Assembly (NCBI GenBank): GCA_035221665.1
Contig: JAVHYY010000297.1
Coordinates: 124,001 to 188,000 of the forward strand
Reading direction: 5' to 3'
Length of the DNA stretch: 64,000 nucleotides
DNA from: Okamejei kenojei
Taxonomy: Eukaryota
Numbering within the stretch: position 1 is the stretch's first letter; each line of letters begins with the position of its first letter. Shown piece by piece: positions 1-11,616 of the stretch. The position numbers and the translations under genes are program-made. The notes under the pieces were generated by a model. That model did not search any database and was not told the DNA's origin. It saw nothing but the letters and a program-made list of their open reading frames with translations.

Positions 1-378
1 TGAATCTGTGGAATTCGTTTCCACAGAAACTGAAGAGGCCAAGTCAGTTTATACTGTTAAGGCAGAGATGATAGATTTTTAATTAGTACAGGTGTCAGAG
101 GTCATGGGGTGAAGGCAGGAGAAAGGAGATGGGAGGAAGAGATAGATAGCCATAAGTGAATGGCGAAGACGATGGGCCGAATGGTCTAATCCTATTCCTA
201 TCACATGACCTTATGACTTATGAACCACTTTGGCCTATTGGAAAAGCATGTCTGCATTGACAAATATCTCAGTGTTGCCTCTCCAGTGTTCAGTCGGTTT
301 TGAAATCTGATCACTGTCCTTAAAAGTCCCTCGCCACATGTGGATGGGAATTTCCTCTAAGGTTGGTCACGTGTTGCT

Positions 379-383
379 TCATC
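379..383 (-). CDS. Copy A candidate terminal coding segment (G|GA TGA), followed by putative 3' UTR
   Basis: cag|GATGA conserved in A, B and C. The acceptor is weak. An upstream ttcttaatag acceptor would give GPCKPNVLINHTG* in A. Confidence 0.3.
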
Positions 384-1016
384 CTGTATGGTTAATTAAG
401 ACATTCGGTTTGCATGGGCCTATTAAGAATGGTGTGTCTCAATGATGGCAGCGGGAGGGGTGGCGGGATTTCCGACCATATAGCCTCCTCGGGAGGTTCC
501 AATTGCCGGACCGGTACGTTTTCCACATTACTGGAGAATATCTAACACGTTTCAAATTAACTTAATTTTGGGCTGTGCCATGTCCGCAACTGGTAGAGTT
601 GCTGCACTCTCGCCACCGCAAAAGCGGCTTCTAGTCTGACCGTGTTTATTTCTGTTAATTGGTTTAGTGTATGGTCACTTTTACCGAGGTACTGTAAAAA
701 TATGTTTTTGGTCGCTTGATATCCAGTAAGCAAAACGACTCTACATTATTACGATCCATAATGTACAGGTACAGAATTGGAGAATATCATGTTTAAACCG
801 CGTACGTTTAATCCGGTTCTCCCGGTTTCCTCCCTCATCTAAACGCCGTGTGAGTGTGTCGAGTAGCTGGTCTCTACAAAGTGCCTACAATGTGTAGGGA
901 GTCGACGTGATGGTGCGATAACATAGAAATATTATGACTAGGCGATCTATGTTCAGCGTTGGATCGTTGGGCCATGGGTGATGATTTTCATGACAACAAT
1001 TAGGCTCTTTCACACT

Positions 1017-1262
1017 GCGGCACAGTGACGATGCGGGTAGAGTTGCTGCCTCACTGCACCAAAGACCCGGGTTCGATCCTTACCTCGAGTGCTGCCTTGT
1101 GGGGTTTGTACGCTCTCCCTGTGTCTTCGTCTGCTTCTTCGTGGAGTTCCCGTTTCCTCTTGCATTCCAAAGACAGCAGCTTTGATAGGCCACCGTAAAT
1201 TAGCCCTTATGTGTCGAAAATGGATGGAGCTAACGTAAGTTGCATAAGACGCGGGTGATGCC
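1017..1262 (+). mobile_element. tRNA-derived SINE (HE1-like); paralogs at ~31763-32010 and ~61771-62020
   Basis: gcggcacagtg..gtagagttgctgcctcac..gacccgggttcgatcct. Confidence 0.8.
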
Positions 1263-2095
1263 GCATTTAGAGTATTGTGTTTAGTAACTGGCACCAAGTT
1301 ATTTGAAAGATGTCGTCAAGCTGGAAAGGGTACATAGAAGATTTACGATGATATTGCCAGAATCAGATTATCTGATCTCCAGGGATGGGTTGACAAGACT
1401 GGGATTCTATTCCCTGACAAGCATGGTGGATGAGGGGTGATATTATAGAGGTCTATAAAAACATGAGAGGAATAGATCGGGTAGAAGGGACAGAAGTTTA
1501 GGGTAACATGAGGGGGAACTTCTTTACTGAGAGAGTGTTAGCTGTGTGGAATGAGCTCCCAGTGGAAGTGTGGAGGCAGGTTCGATTTTATCATTGAAAA
1601 ATAATTAGATAACTATATGGACGGGAAAGGAGTGGAGGGTTATGGTCTGAGTGCAGGTAGATGGGACTAGGTGAGAATAAGTGGTCGGCTAATAAGAAGG
1701 GCCGAGATGGCCTGTTTCCGTGCTGTAATTGTTATATAGTTATATGCTTATATAGATGCACAGAGTGTCCTCTCCAGAGTAGTTGAATCGAGAACCAGAG
1801 GACATAGATTTAAGTTGAAGGGGAAAATATTTAATAAGGATCTGAGGGGGGAACGTTTTCACACAAATGGTGGTCGGAGTCTTTATTTTTGTAGTTCACT
1901 TTTATTGTGATAATTACTTTATTGGTTATTTGCTTAATTGACATTATCCATTCGCGTAGAGCTTGTCGATCTGTTATGCCGCAGCTAAAAAGATTTTCGT
2001 TGTTCCTTTGACCGTGCATACTACAGTTAAATCCTTTTGATTCTTGATTCATAATATTGATTTATGTGGCGCTTTTCATTGAATTCATGTCTCAC

Positions 2096-2101
2096 CTTCT
2101 C
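2096..2101 (-). CDS. Copy A putative 6-nt microexon (GAGAAG)
   Basis: ctctttctgtttcgattccag|GAGAAG|gtgagac: a polypyrimidine tract, AG, 6 nt and a strong donor. Frame-preserving and identical in all three copies. Confidence 0.55.
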
Positions 2102-4189
2102 CTGGAATCGAAACAGAAAGAGTAGTACTACAGCTGACAAATTCTGGATTTAATGTGTTATGCTGGGATGGAAAATTCCACCTGCAATTGATGTCATAAA
2201 CTATTGACAATGAAAGTTCGAAAGCCGCGAGTTTGTGAACAGGGCACGGTGCTCGAGACAGTCTTGGCAACAGCGCTGCCTGATTGTGTGCCTTCTGAAT
2301 ATTTACCAATGTCAGCTGCAGGTCAATGGGCTGCACTCTTGATCTCTTATTCGCTTTGCACTCTCCCTGACGCTTTCTCTCTCTATTCCAGTCTATTTAT
2401 TTCAATATGTTGTATACTGATATCTCTCTCTATCTCTTTCCCTCTCGCCCTCCCTCTCCCCCTCACTCTCTTCCTCCCTCTCCCCTCCCTTGCTTTCTCT
2501 CTCTCTCTCTTTCTCTTGCTCCCTTTCTCCCTCCCATTCTGTCGCCGTCTCCATCCTTTCCGTCCTCCTTCCCTCTCTCTCCCCCCATTCACATCCCCCT
2601 CGCTCATTCTCTCTCGCTCTTTCCTCCCTGTTCCTCCCCCCCTCTCATAAAGAAAACCATGACTTCATGCCTCAGACCAAAAATCCCCATTGATACTTGT
2701 CCTCCACGAATCCCAAGTTGTTCTTTCCACATTCCAATCAACTTTCCCGCAGGTCCCGCAACTCAACCCCACACACATCAGGAGCGATTAACCGTATCCA
2801 ATTAACCCAACACAGTACATCGTTGGATGTTTTGAACCACCCTGGTTATGACGTCAATGCAGTTTCTGGGTGAGTAGGGATAATCTGAAAGGTAATGTTG
2901 AGCAGCAGGATCTCTTCTTTGTAGCTACAGACCTAGACAGGAAAAGTTAGGAGGTCACGTAGAGTGAACATAGTGAATTAAGAAACAAGGGGAAGAACAG
3001 GGTCTCTTGAGTGTAGTCTCAGAATTGCTGTGTCACCTTCTAGTGAGCGTGGAGTGAAAATATTAGGAGAACGAGTGTGTGGCTGAGGAGCAGGTGCGGG
3101 AGGGAGAGTTCAGGTTCTTCGAGCATTGGGGTCCCGTTTTGGGTAAAAGTGACCAGTAGAACTGGAATGCGTTGCACCTGAAAAAGGGGGAAACTACGTT
3201 TGTAAGAAGTTTGTAAGACACGATTTCCCTTGCACTAAGCCATTTCTAAAGTTTATTCAGTCTGTACTTTGCAGTCTTGATACATTAGTTGATTTGAGAA
3301 TCTTCTCCTGCTACTTGCGTCTGGTTAAGCTGCCATATAATGTTGTAGTTTGACTTTTCTTACCATCATTTACAGAGGGAAAACAATGGGTACTATATCA
3401 CCCTCTAGTACCTCGTTTGTTGCTCACGAATGGAGACACGGTTGTTGTGAAAAATTGAAGCAGGATCTTGATGGAATGGCCAGGTGGTCTCAGGGATGTT
3501 TTACGGATATGAGGTGAATGTGGTAACTGAGAGGTGTTGCATTTTCGGGATGTCTAACATGGCAGGGCCGACACTGTGCATGGTAGGGCGGTGGGGTGTG
3601 TTGTGGAGCAGACGGATCTAAGCGTGCATGTGCATAGTACCTTGAAGGTTGAGTCGCAGGTAGAAAAGGTGGGCGAAAGGGCACCCGGGCGTGGCGCCGA
3701 CAGACAAGTAGCCGAAGCAAATAAATCGAAGCCAAGGAACGGAATGGAAACGAGGCCGAAACGTACATAAACCGAAAGAGTCCGAAGGCCAACCGCCTAC
3801 TAACCGAAACGGCGGGACGCCTACATCCCAAGGAACCAAAAAGCAAATACTAAATGGCCACTCTGTCGAAACGCCACCTACCCGAGAGGCGGCGTCGCCT
3901 ACAAGCCAAAGGGCCGACTGCCGCTCAACAGAAACGTCCAATAACGGACCAAACGTTGCCGGGGTCGGGACATGTCAGCGATTGGTCCAGACCCCCGCGT
4001 CCATCACATCACCGTGAAGGCATGAACATTGTTCCAAACCTGCGCTCCCCCCGGCCCGCAGTCCACGGAGGGTGGCCGTGGGAGAGGGGGGGCTGTCCCG
4101 AGCAATGCACACCTTTGGTCGCTTTTAACTTGGTGATTGGGTCCAGATTGCCCAGTCACCTATGACTTGTGTGGGAAAATGAACCCCAC

Positions 4190-4640
4190 GCTCCCGTCTC
4201 CCCCTCTCTCGCCCCCTCTGTCTCTCCTTTTCTCTATCTCCCTTCTTTCTCTCCCTTCTCTCCCCTCTTCTCTCTCCCATCTACTCTCCTTCTCTATTCA
4301 CTCTATTTTCTCTCTGTTCCCCTCCTCTCTCCCTTATCTCACCCTCCTTTCTCTCTCTCCCCATTCTCTCTCTCCCACTTCTCTCCCCACTCACCCCTCT
4401 TCCCTCTCCCCTCTATCTACCCCTCTCACTCTCCCTTCTCTCTCACCGTTCTCTCTCTCTCCCGTTTCTCCCCTCTTCTCCCTCCCATCTTCTCTCACTC
4501 CTCTCTCTCCTTTCCTCTCTCTCTTCTTCTTTCTCTTCTTTCTCTTCTCCTCTCTCTGCTTTCCTCTCTCGCTTCTCTCTCTCTCCCCCTTCTCTCCCCC
4601 TTCTCTCCCCCTTCTCTCTCTCCTCCGTCTCCTCCCGCGG
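4190..4640. repeat. CT-rich low-complexity tract (another at ~2420-2645)
   Basis: Almost pure C/T. Confidence 0.95.
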
Positions 4641-5484
4641 GAGCGTCCCACAGTCACTCACCGTGGTAGGAGGGCAGGGGGAGAATCACCCTGGTTTGGA
4701 GGTTGCTATGCCCTCTTGTCCTGGACTCTTTCAGTAGTGGATACATCTTTACCATATCCACTGTATTCGTGCCCTTCATTATGTTGTATGTTTCAATTAC
4801 CACCCCCCCCACCTAGTCCTAATATCCAGCGAGTAGAGGCCTAGAGCCGTCCAACGCTCGTCACACTTTACACCATTCATCCTCAACATCATACTCGTAA
4901 ACCTTCTATCGAACTTGTGCGACGCAAGCGCATCTCCCCTCAGATGTGCGGCCCAAAACTGCAAACAATACTACAAATGCTGTCTGGCTAGTGTCTTATC
5001 AAGCCTCAACATACGAACCAGTTTATGAAAACATATATAGTCCTCTCAAATTAGATGAGCACAATGCATTGCCTTACTTACTACGGATTCGTTTTGTAAA
5101 TTTCAATTTGGAAATCCGGCACCAGCTCTCCCAAGTCCCTATACACCTGCGGTTTCTGAATCCACTCCTCATTTAGAAAATTGTCTATGCCTTTATTCCC
5201 ACTCGGAAAGTGCATGACCGCGCACTTTGCTGCGATGTATTTCATCTCCCACCCAGTCACACGGAGAACTCGAAAACTCCACACAGAAAACGGCGGAGGT
5301 CGGAACTAACCCGGGTCGTTCGAGCCACAAGGCGGAGGCTTTGCCCGCTGCGCTAGGTTTGCGTGTGTTATATGCAACAGCAAGAGGCTGGAATGCCTGG
5401 TGCTACTTCAATTTGGCATGTTCTCTTCGCGCCAACCACACCTCTTCCAATTCCGTCGCGTTCATCTTTACACTCAGTTCTTAC

Positions 5485-5793
5485 CGTCTCCCGTCCTATC
5501 GACTATCTTGACCTCCAGTTCCGCCCGCCACTGAGGGTTGGATGCCGAGAGGTTCACAGTTTCCATCGTCAGGTTTGCCCCGTGGACGATCAGTATGATG
5601 AACACCCGCGAACCGACACGAAGGCAATCTGCCCGGACGTCCTCGGCCGTGTCCGTCATTGTGATCGTCCGGTTCAGGAATCCCCATGTGACGTTGACGG
5701 GGGAGTTGGATTGCACAATGCCGCGGCAGTTCACGTTGGTGCGATACTTCGAGCATCTGGCCCAGGACATACCGGCCGCTTCATCTGTAAGGT
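5485..5793 (-). CDS. Copy A Ig domain 4 exon (resembles MAG membrane-proximal domain; degenerate Cys pattern)
   Basis: Acceptor ttttctccccccaag| (alternative in-frame acceptor at 5784), donor GAC G|GTAAGA. Reads SWARCSKYRTNVNCRGIVQSNSPVNVTW..SASNP. Homologous open exon in copy B. Confidence 0.8.
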
Positions 5794-5851
5794 CTTGGGG
5801 GGAGAAAAACGAGTTTATACAATCGTCCACCATTAATGCAAATGTCCATTC

Positions 5852-8505
5852 AGAGAAACATAACCTGTGCAGGAGGAGGCCATTCGGCCCTTCGAGCCAT
5901 ACCGATATTCATTGTGATCATGGCTGAACGTCCCGTATCAATAACACATGCCTGCATTCTCCTCATATCACTTGACCACTGCCCTAGAGCTGTATCTAAC
6001 GTTCTCTTAAATCCATCCAGTGATTTGGCCTGCACTACCCTCTGTGGCAGGGAATTCCATACATTCACAACTCTCTGGGCGAAAAAGCTTTTTCTCACCT
6101 CAGTCTTAAATGACCTCCCCTTTACTCTAAGACCGTGGCCCCTGGTTCTCGACTCACCCAACATTGGGAACACTTTTCCTGCATCGAACGTGTCCAGTCC
6201 GTTTAATAATTGTATATGTTTCTATAAGATCCACCCTCATCCTTCTAAACTCCAGTGAATACAAGCCTAGTCTTTTCAACCTTTCCTGGCATGACACTCC
6301 CGTCACCCCAGGGATCGATCTCGTGAAACTACGCTGCACTGCCTCAATCACAAGGATTTTCTTCCTCAAATTAGGAGACCCAATCTGTACACAATACTCC
6401 AGACGTGGTCTCACCATAGCCCTATACAACTGCAGAAGAACCTCTTTACTCCTATACAGAAATCCTCTTGTTATGAAGGCCAACATTCCATTAGCTTTCT
6501 TCACTGCCTGCTGTACCTGCACGCCGACTTTCAGTGACCGGTGTACAAGGACACCCAGGTTTCGCTGCACATCCCCCTTACCTAACCTAACCCCATTGAG
6601 ATAATCTTCCCCCTTGTTTTTGCCGCCAAAGTAGATAACCTCACATTTATATATATATTTTACTGCAGTTGCCACGCATCTACCTACTCGCTCAACCTGT
6701 CCAGGTCACCCTGCAACCTCCTAACATCATCTTCACGGTACACACTGCCTCCCAGCTTTCTGTCATCCTCAAACTTGCTAGTGTTGCTCCTAATTCCCTC
6801 TTCCAAATAATTAATATGTATGGTAAACAGTCGCGTCCCCAACACCGAGCCTTGCGGCACTCCACTTGCCATTGCCTGCCATTCTGAAAAGGACCCCTTT
6901 ACTCCAATCTTTGCTTCCGGTCTACCAACTATTTTTCTATCCATGTCAACACCCTACCCCCAAAACCATGTGTTCTGATTTTAGTCACCAGTTTCCCGTG
7001 CGGGGCCTTATCAAAGTCTTTCCCAAAGATTAGATACACTACATCCACTGGCACCGCTTCATCCATTTTAAATGTCACATCCTCATAAAATTCCAGAAGA
7101 TTAGTCAAGCATGATTTCCCTTTCAAAATCCATGTTGACTTGGACTAATCCTTTTACTACTATCCAAATGCCCCATTATTACCTCTTTAATAACTGACTC
7201 CAGCATCTATCCCAGCACCGAAGTCAGGCTAACTGGTCTGTAATTCCCCGTTTTTTCTTTCGCTCCTTTCTTGAAAAGTGGGATAACATTAGCTATCCTC
7301 CAATCCACATGAACTGATCCTGAATGCATTTAACATCGGAAAATGATCACCAATGTGTCCTCTATTTCTCGAGCCACCTCCCTGAGGACCCTGGGATGCA
7401 GTCGATCAGGATGCTGGGATTTATCATCCTTCAGTACCATTAGCCTACCCAATACTATTTCTCGCCTAATGAAAAAGTAATTCAGTTCCTCTCTCCCTTT
7501 GATCCTCTGTCGTCCAGTATATCTGGAAGATTGTTTGTGTCTTCCTTAGTGAAGACAGATCCGAAGTACCTATTCAACTCTTCTGCCATGTCCTTGTTCT
7601 CCATAATAATTTCACCCGTGTCTGCCTTCAAGCATTTGACTTTGCTACTCGTTTTCCCTTAACATATCTAAATAAGCGTTTACTGTCCTTCTTTCTATTC
7701 CTGGCCAGTTTCCCCATGTACTTCAAATTTTCAGCCCGTATTGGCCGTTTTGTTTCCTTCTGTTGTCCTATGAATGTTTCCCAATCCTCTGGCTTCCGGC
7801 TACTCTTTGTTGTGTTATACATCTTTTATTTTAGTTGCATTCTATCCCTAACTTCTCTTGTCAGCCAAGGTTGCCTCCTACTCCCCTTAGAACCTTTCTT
7901 CCTGTTTGGAATGAAATGATCCTGCGCCTTCCGGATTATGCCCAGAAATTCCTGCCATTGCTGTTCCACCATCATTCCTGCTGGCATCCCTTTCCAGTCT
8001 ATCTTGGCCAGCTCCCCTCTCATTCCTTCACAGTCCCCTTTGTTCAACTGCATCACCGCTACTTCTGATTTAATGTTCTCCTTAAATTGCAGCTTAAAAC
8101 TAATCATATTATGATCACTACCTCCAAGCAGTTCCTTTACCTCTAGTTCTCCTGTGATATCTGTTTCATTGGACAACACTAAATCCAGAATTGCCTTTTC
8201 TCTGGTCGGCTCCATGACAATCTACTCTAAGAATCCAACTCTGAGGCATTCGACAAATTCCCTTTCCTGGGGTCCTGAACCAACCTGATTTTCCCAGTCT
8301 ATCTGCATATTGAAATCCCCAATCACCACAATGGCATTACTTTTGTTACATGCCAGTTTTTACTCCTGCTGCAACTTACACCCTACACACAGACTGTTTT
8401 TTGGACGTCTGTAAATAACACAAATTAGTGTCTTCTTGCCTTTAAATTCCTCACCTGAATCCACATTGACCCTACCTCGTCCGTCCCTGTGTCTTCCCTC
8501 GCATG
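5852..8505 (-). mobile_element. CR1 LINE, 5'-truncated (endonuclease end plus RT), specific to copy A
   Basis: ORF pieces ILDLVL..GSDHN, GKSCLTNLLEF, SGVPQGSVLG, RPRLEYCVQ and VWNSLP. The empty site is seen in B (gtcctttc|gttgattgg at ~41187). Confidence 0.95.
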
Positions 8506-9882
8506 GTTGATTGATCTAGAAAACTGTGAGAGGCATCCATCGTGTGAAGTTAAAGTCATTTTTCGCAAAGAGGAAATGTCAAAGACTAGAGAACATATGT
8601 TTCGGGTCCGGAGACTTTAACGTTCCAGTAAACAAAAACCATGTTTGACCTTGGACGTAAGTGTAGGTAAGTAAGGATGTACGTTTGTAAATGTCGCAGA
8701 AATTGTGGCGCTTCGGATACTGATGATGCGCGAGACGGAGACAACCCAGTTCCGAATCCTACTGAAAGGGACTGTAGATGCTGACCAATCAATGTGATCA
8801 ACTATCGTCCACATTTCTCCACCGTACTATAATCAATCTGAATTTGTCAAGAAGGATTTGTTCGCGCAGCATCTATGCGGCAGCATCAATCTGACTCGTT
8901 CTGCCTCGCCGCTTTTCCAGCTTTCTCTCCCATTTACTCACTGCAATCGTTGAAGAAGTGTCCCGACCCGAAACATCGGTTATTCTTTCTCCAAATATAC
9001 TGCCGGATCTGTTCAGTTAGACCAACCAATAAACATGTTGTTTGAGAGGTGAATTGGACGATGTAGGTTGTCTCCGATGCATAAATGAGTGGTGTAATCT
9101 TGCCATAGTTGTACAATAGGGATATGGAACAATGAACCAGGCCATTGGGCCGAGCAAACGCATGCTGGCCATCAATTGCACATGTACGCGAATTACAATT
9201 TAATTTGCTTACATTTTCATCAAGGGCGCAGATCCTGCTACTCATTCATCATCTAGTGGAAACCTAAGCGTTGATGGGAATGTGGAATGAAATGAATTGA
9301 GCAATGATCAGTGTACATTTCGAGGTTTGATGTTAGGTGTGGTGCGCCAAAGGGCCTGTATCTGTGCTGTATTGTTCTATGACAATCCTGCTCTATGACA
9401 CATACCTCTTCTCCACAGATGTTTCCGGACCCGTTCATTTACCCTTGCATGTTGTGTCTATCTGCTGAACGATCAGAATGGCATTAAGGTATATAGGTTC
9501 TTCACAATCGTGTGTATGACATGGTAAACTAAAGGGTCCTAATGATATCGCCCTGTGTCTAGGTATTGTTACGATTCGATGTGGTTTGTTTGAGTATTAT
9601 TGACAGTTAAGGGGAGCGGTAGGTGGAGCAATGTGTGGAGTTGGATCGCAAATTACAACCAGTATCCGGAGGAGTAATACAAACGGCTGCAGTGAAAGTT
9701 TGAGTTCCTTCTGTACTTGCGTCAAGTTTTTCCAAGGCACTCACTGTGATGAATTAGTGGATAGGCTGCTTCAAACAGGTAGATGTTTAGCAAACGTGGA
9801 AATAGACATTTATCGGAGGAAGTCCTTAGCTCAGATACCAAGCAGCCGAAGGCTCGGTTATCCGATCACAACAAATACTCAC

Positions 9883-10143
9883 GCTGACTGACGACTCGCA
9901 CGGGAGCGGAACGTAAGCTCCCAAGAACGTTTCTCGCCGTGCAGCTGTAGGATGTAGTTGCCCTTTCCGACTCAAGGTGAATGGTGATATATGGACGTTC
10001 CCATCTTAGATCAATCTCAACGCCACGGGTGATCTTGAACCAGGAGAAACTAGTGGCACTGGGCTGGGCGTCACTGGAACAACGCAGAGAAATCGTGTTG
10101 GCTTCTCTGAAGATCCACTCGACCACCGTGATCTGGGGGGAAT
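9883..10143 (-). CDS. Copy A Ig domain 3 (C2/I-set) exon
   Basis: tgtttccaag|AT TCC...CAG C|GTGAGT, 261 nt. The junction rebuilds LNVN-YSP. Motifs LRCSSDAQPS..FSWFK..YSCTARNVLG resemble CD22/MAG/sialoadhesin domains. Confidence 0.92.
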
Positions 10144-10689
10144 CTTGGAAACACAACATCATCGGCATGTTAGCGGGATAGAAATGGAAATCTTTCGGCT
10201 CCTGTCGTGTCGTATGTCTGGCAACTGCCAAACAACGAGCACAAGCAGCCCAGTTAACTGCCACAATATCCACCAGCAAAACACCGACACTGCCTCCGAC
10301 AACAGTCATTTATGTCCACTCTTACAACTTCTTACAGTATGTAAGCTTTTACGTACTGAGGCCGCAAGCTACATCTTCTACCGGCAATATTGACCGAGGA
10401 TTTGGACGCAGGGTAGAGGAACTCCTACATTTTACACGCGTCCCACATCACTGTCGAAATATATCATCAGCTGCCTGTTATAGAAGGACCTGAGTCGCAA
10501 AGGCTTGACCTGTTCAACTGGGTAAAACTGTCATAACCGCATGGACATTTTCCAATCGGTAAAGCGTACCAGAAAATACCAAGTATCCAAAGTCAGTCTA
10601 CTGTGAGAAATAATATGTTGCCCCTCGGGTTCTAAATCTAAATCTTGCTATTTCCATTTAAAACAAACTCGCCTGATTCTTCATTCCCC

Positions 10690-11347
10690 TACTTGACTCT
10701 CCCTCTTTTCTCCCCTCTCCTCCTCTCCTCCACCACTCCCTCCCTCACCTCTACTTAATTCTCATTTCCCCTACCCTCAGACCCCCCCCCCCTCTCCCTA
10801 CATAACCCCTTTCCTAACGCCCAGCTCCACCACTCCTCACCTCTCCCCTATCCCACTCCGCCACTAAACCCAATGTTTAAATAAGATTTCTCATCATCCC
10901 CTCCCCGATTCCATCTCTCTTTTTGCAACATTGTCACAAACCTCTCCCTATACTGGGTGGAACACTGATGCTGGGCAGTGTAAATGAGATCCCATTGTGA
11001 TGTCATTGTCGATTGGAGCACTGCTCACGTGCAGTTTATGTAAATTAGATCCCATTTTGACGTCATATCTGCTAACTGCCACTGCAACTGCCACAGAAAG
11101 TTCAAGTGATTCTTTCTCAAATTGGATTTTGTAAAGTTAAAAATGTGAATAACTTGAAAACTATATAATCACTCTGAACGAAACTTGATTAAAAAACACA
11201 TCACAAGACAATTGTGAGTACGGTCGTACAAAAATTGTAGCGTTATCGTATTCCGTTTTAGCGTAGTTTCGGGAGCACTTGGGTACGCACACAGACACGC
11301 ACGCACACAGAATCACAAACAAGATTATAGTTTTAGTAATATATAGA
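10690..11347 (-). mobile_element. Helitron-like element, paralogous copy with the 3' end deleted
   Basis: 5' TCTATATATTACTAAAAC at 11347; homologous to ~43700-44317. Confidence 0.55.
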
Positions 11348-11616
11348 CAACAGCAGACACTTGACCAGTTGGTCAAGTGGGCCGATTAATCGATCATGAT
11401 GCAGATAAATGCGAGGTGGTGCATTTTGATAAATCAAACCAGGGCAAGACCCACACAGTAAAAGGCAGGGCGCTGGGCAATGTCTTAGAGCAAAGCAGTG
11501 CAGTTACATAGTTAACAAAACGTTCCGTCACAAGTATTTACGTTGATCAATCATGCTTTCGGTACATTGGTCTTCATCAGTTTGGGTTATGACTATATAA
11601 GTCAGGATGTTATAGA

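Noticed and set aside
2085-2336. ORF MQPIDLQLTLVNIQ..SVSIPGEGET, open in all three copies (also 32513-32815 and 62521-62823), as a full coding exon
   Set aside because: Non-ATG start, no recognisable domain, and its 3' part is a typical polypyrimidine tract plus AG. Better explained as intron plus the 6-nt microexon, though not fully excluded.
3697-3890. Short repeat-and-spacer pattern resembling a CRISPR array
   Set aside because: The repeat is only ~5 nt and degenerate, spacers are ~10 nt, the context is vertebrate and there are no cas genes.
2204-4844. Leu/Ser/Pro-rich and Arg/Glu/Gly-rich ORFs, some looking hydrophobic enough for a TM segment
   Set aside because: Translations of CT-rich low-complexity tracts; the hydrophobic ones are on the strand opposite to the gene.
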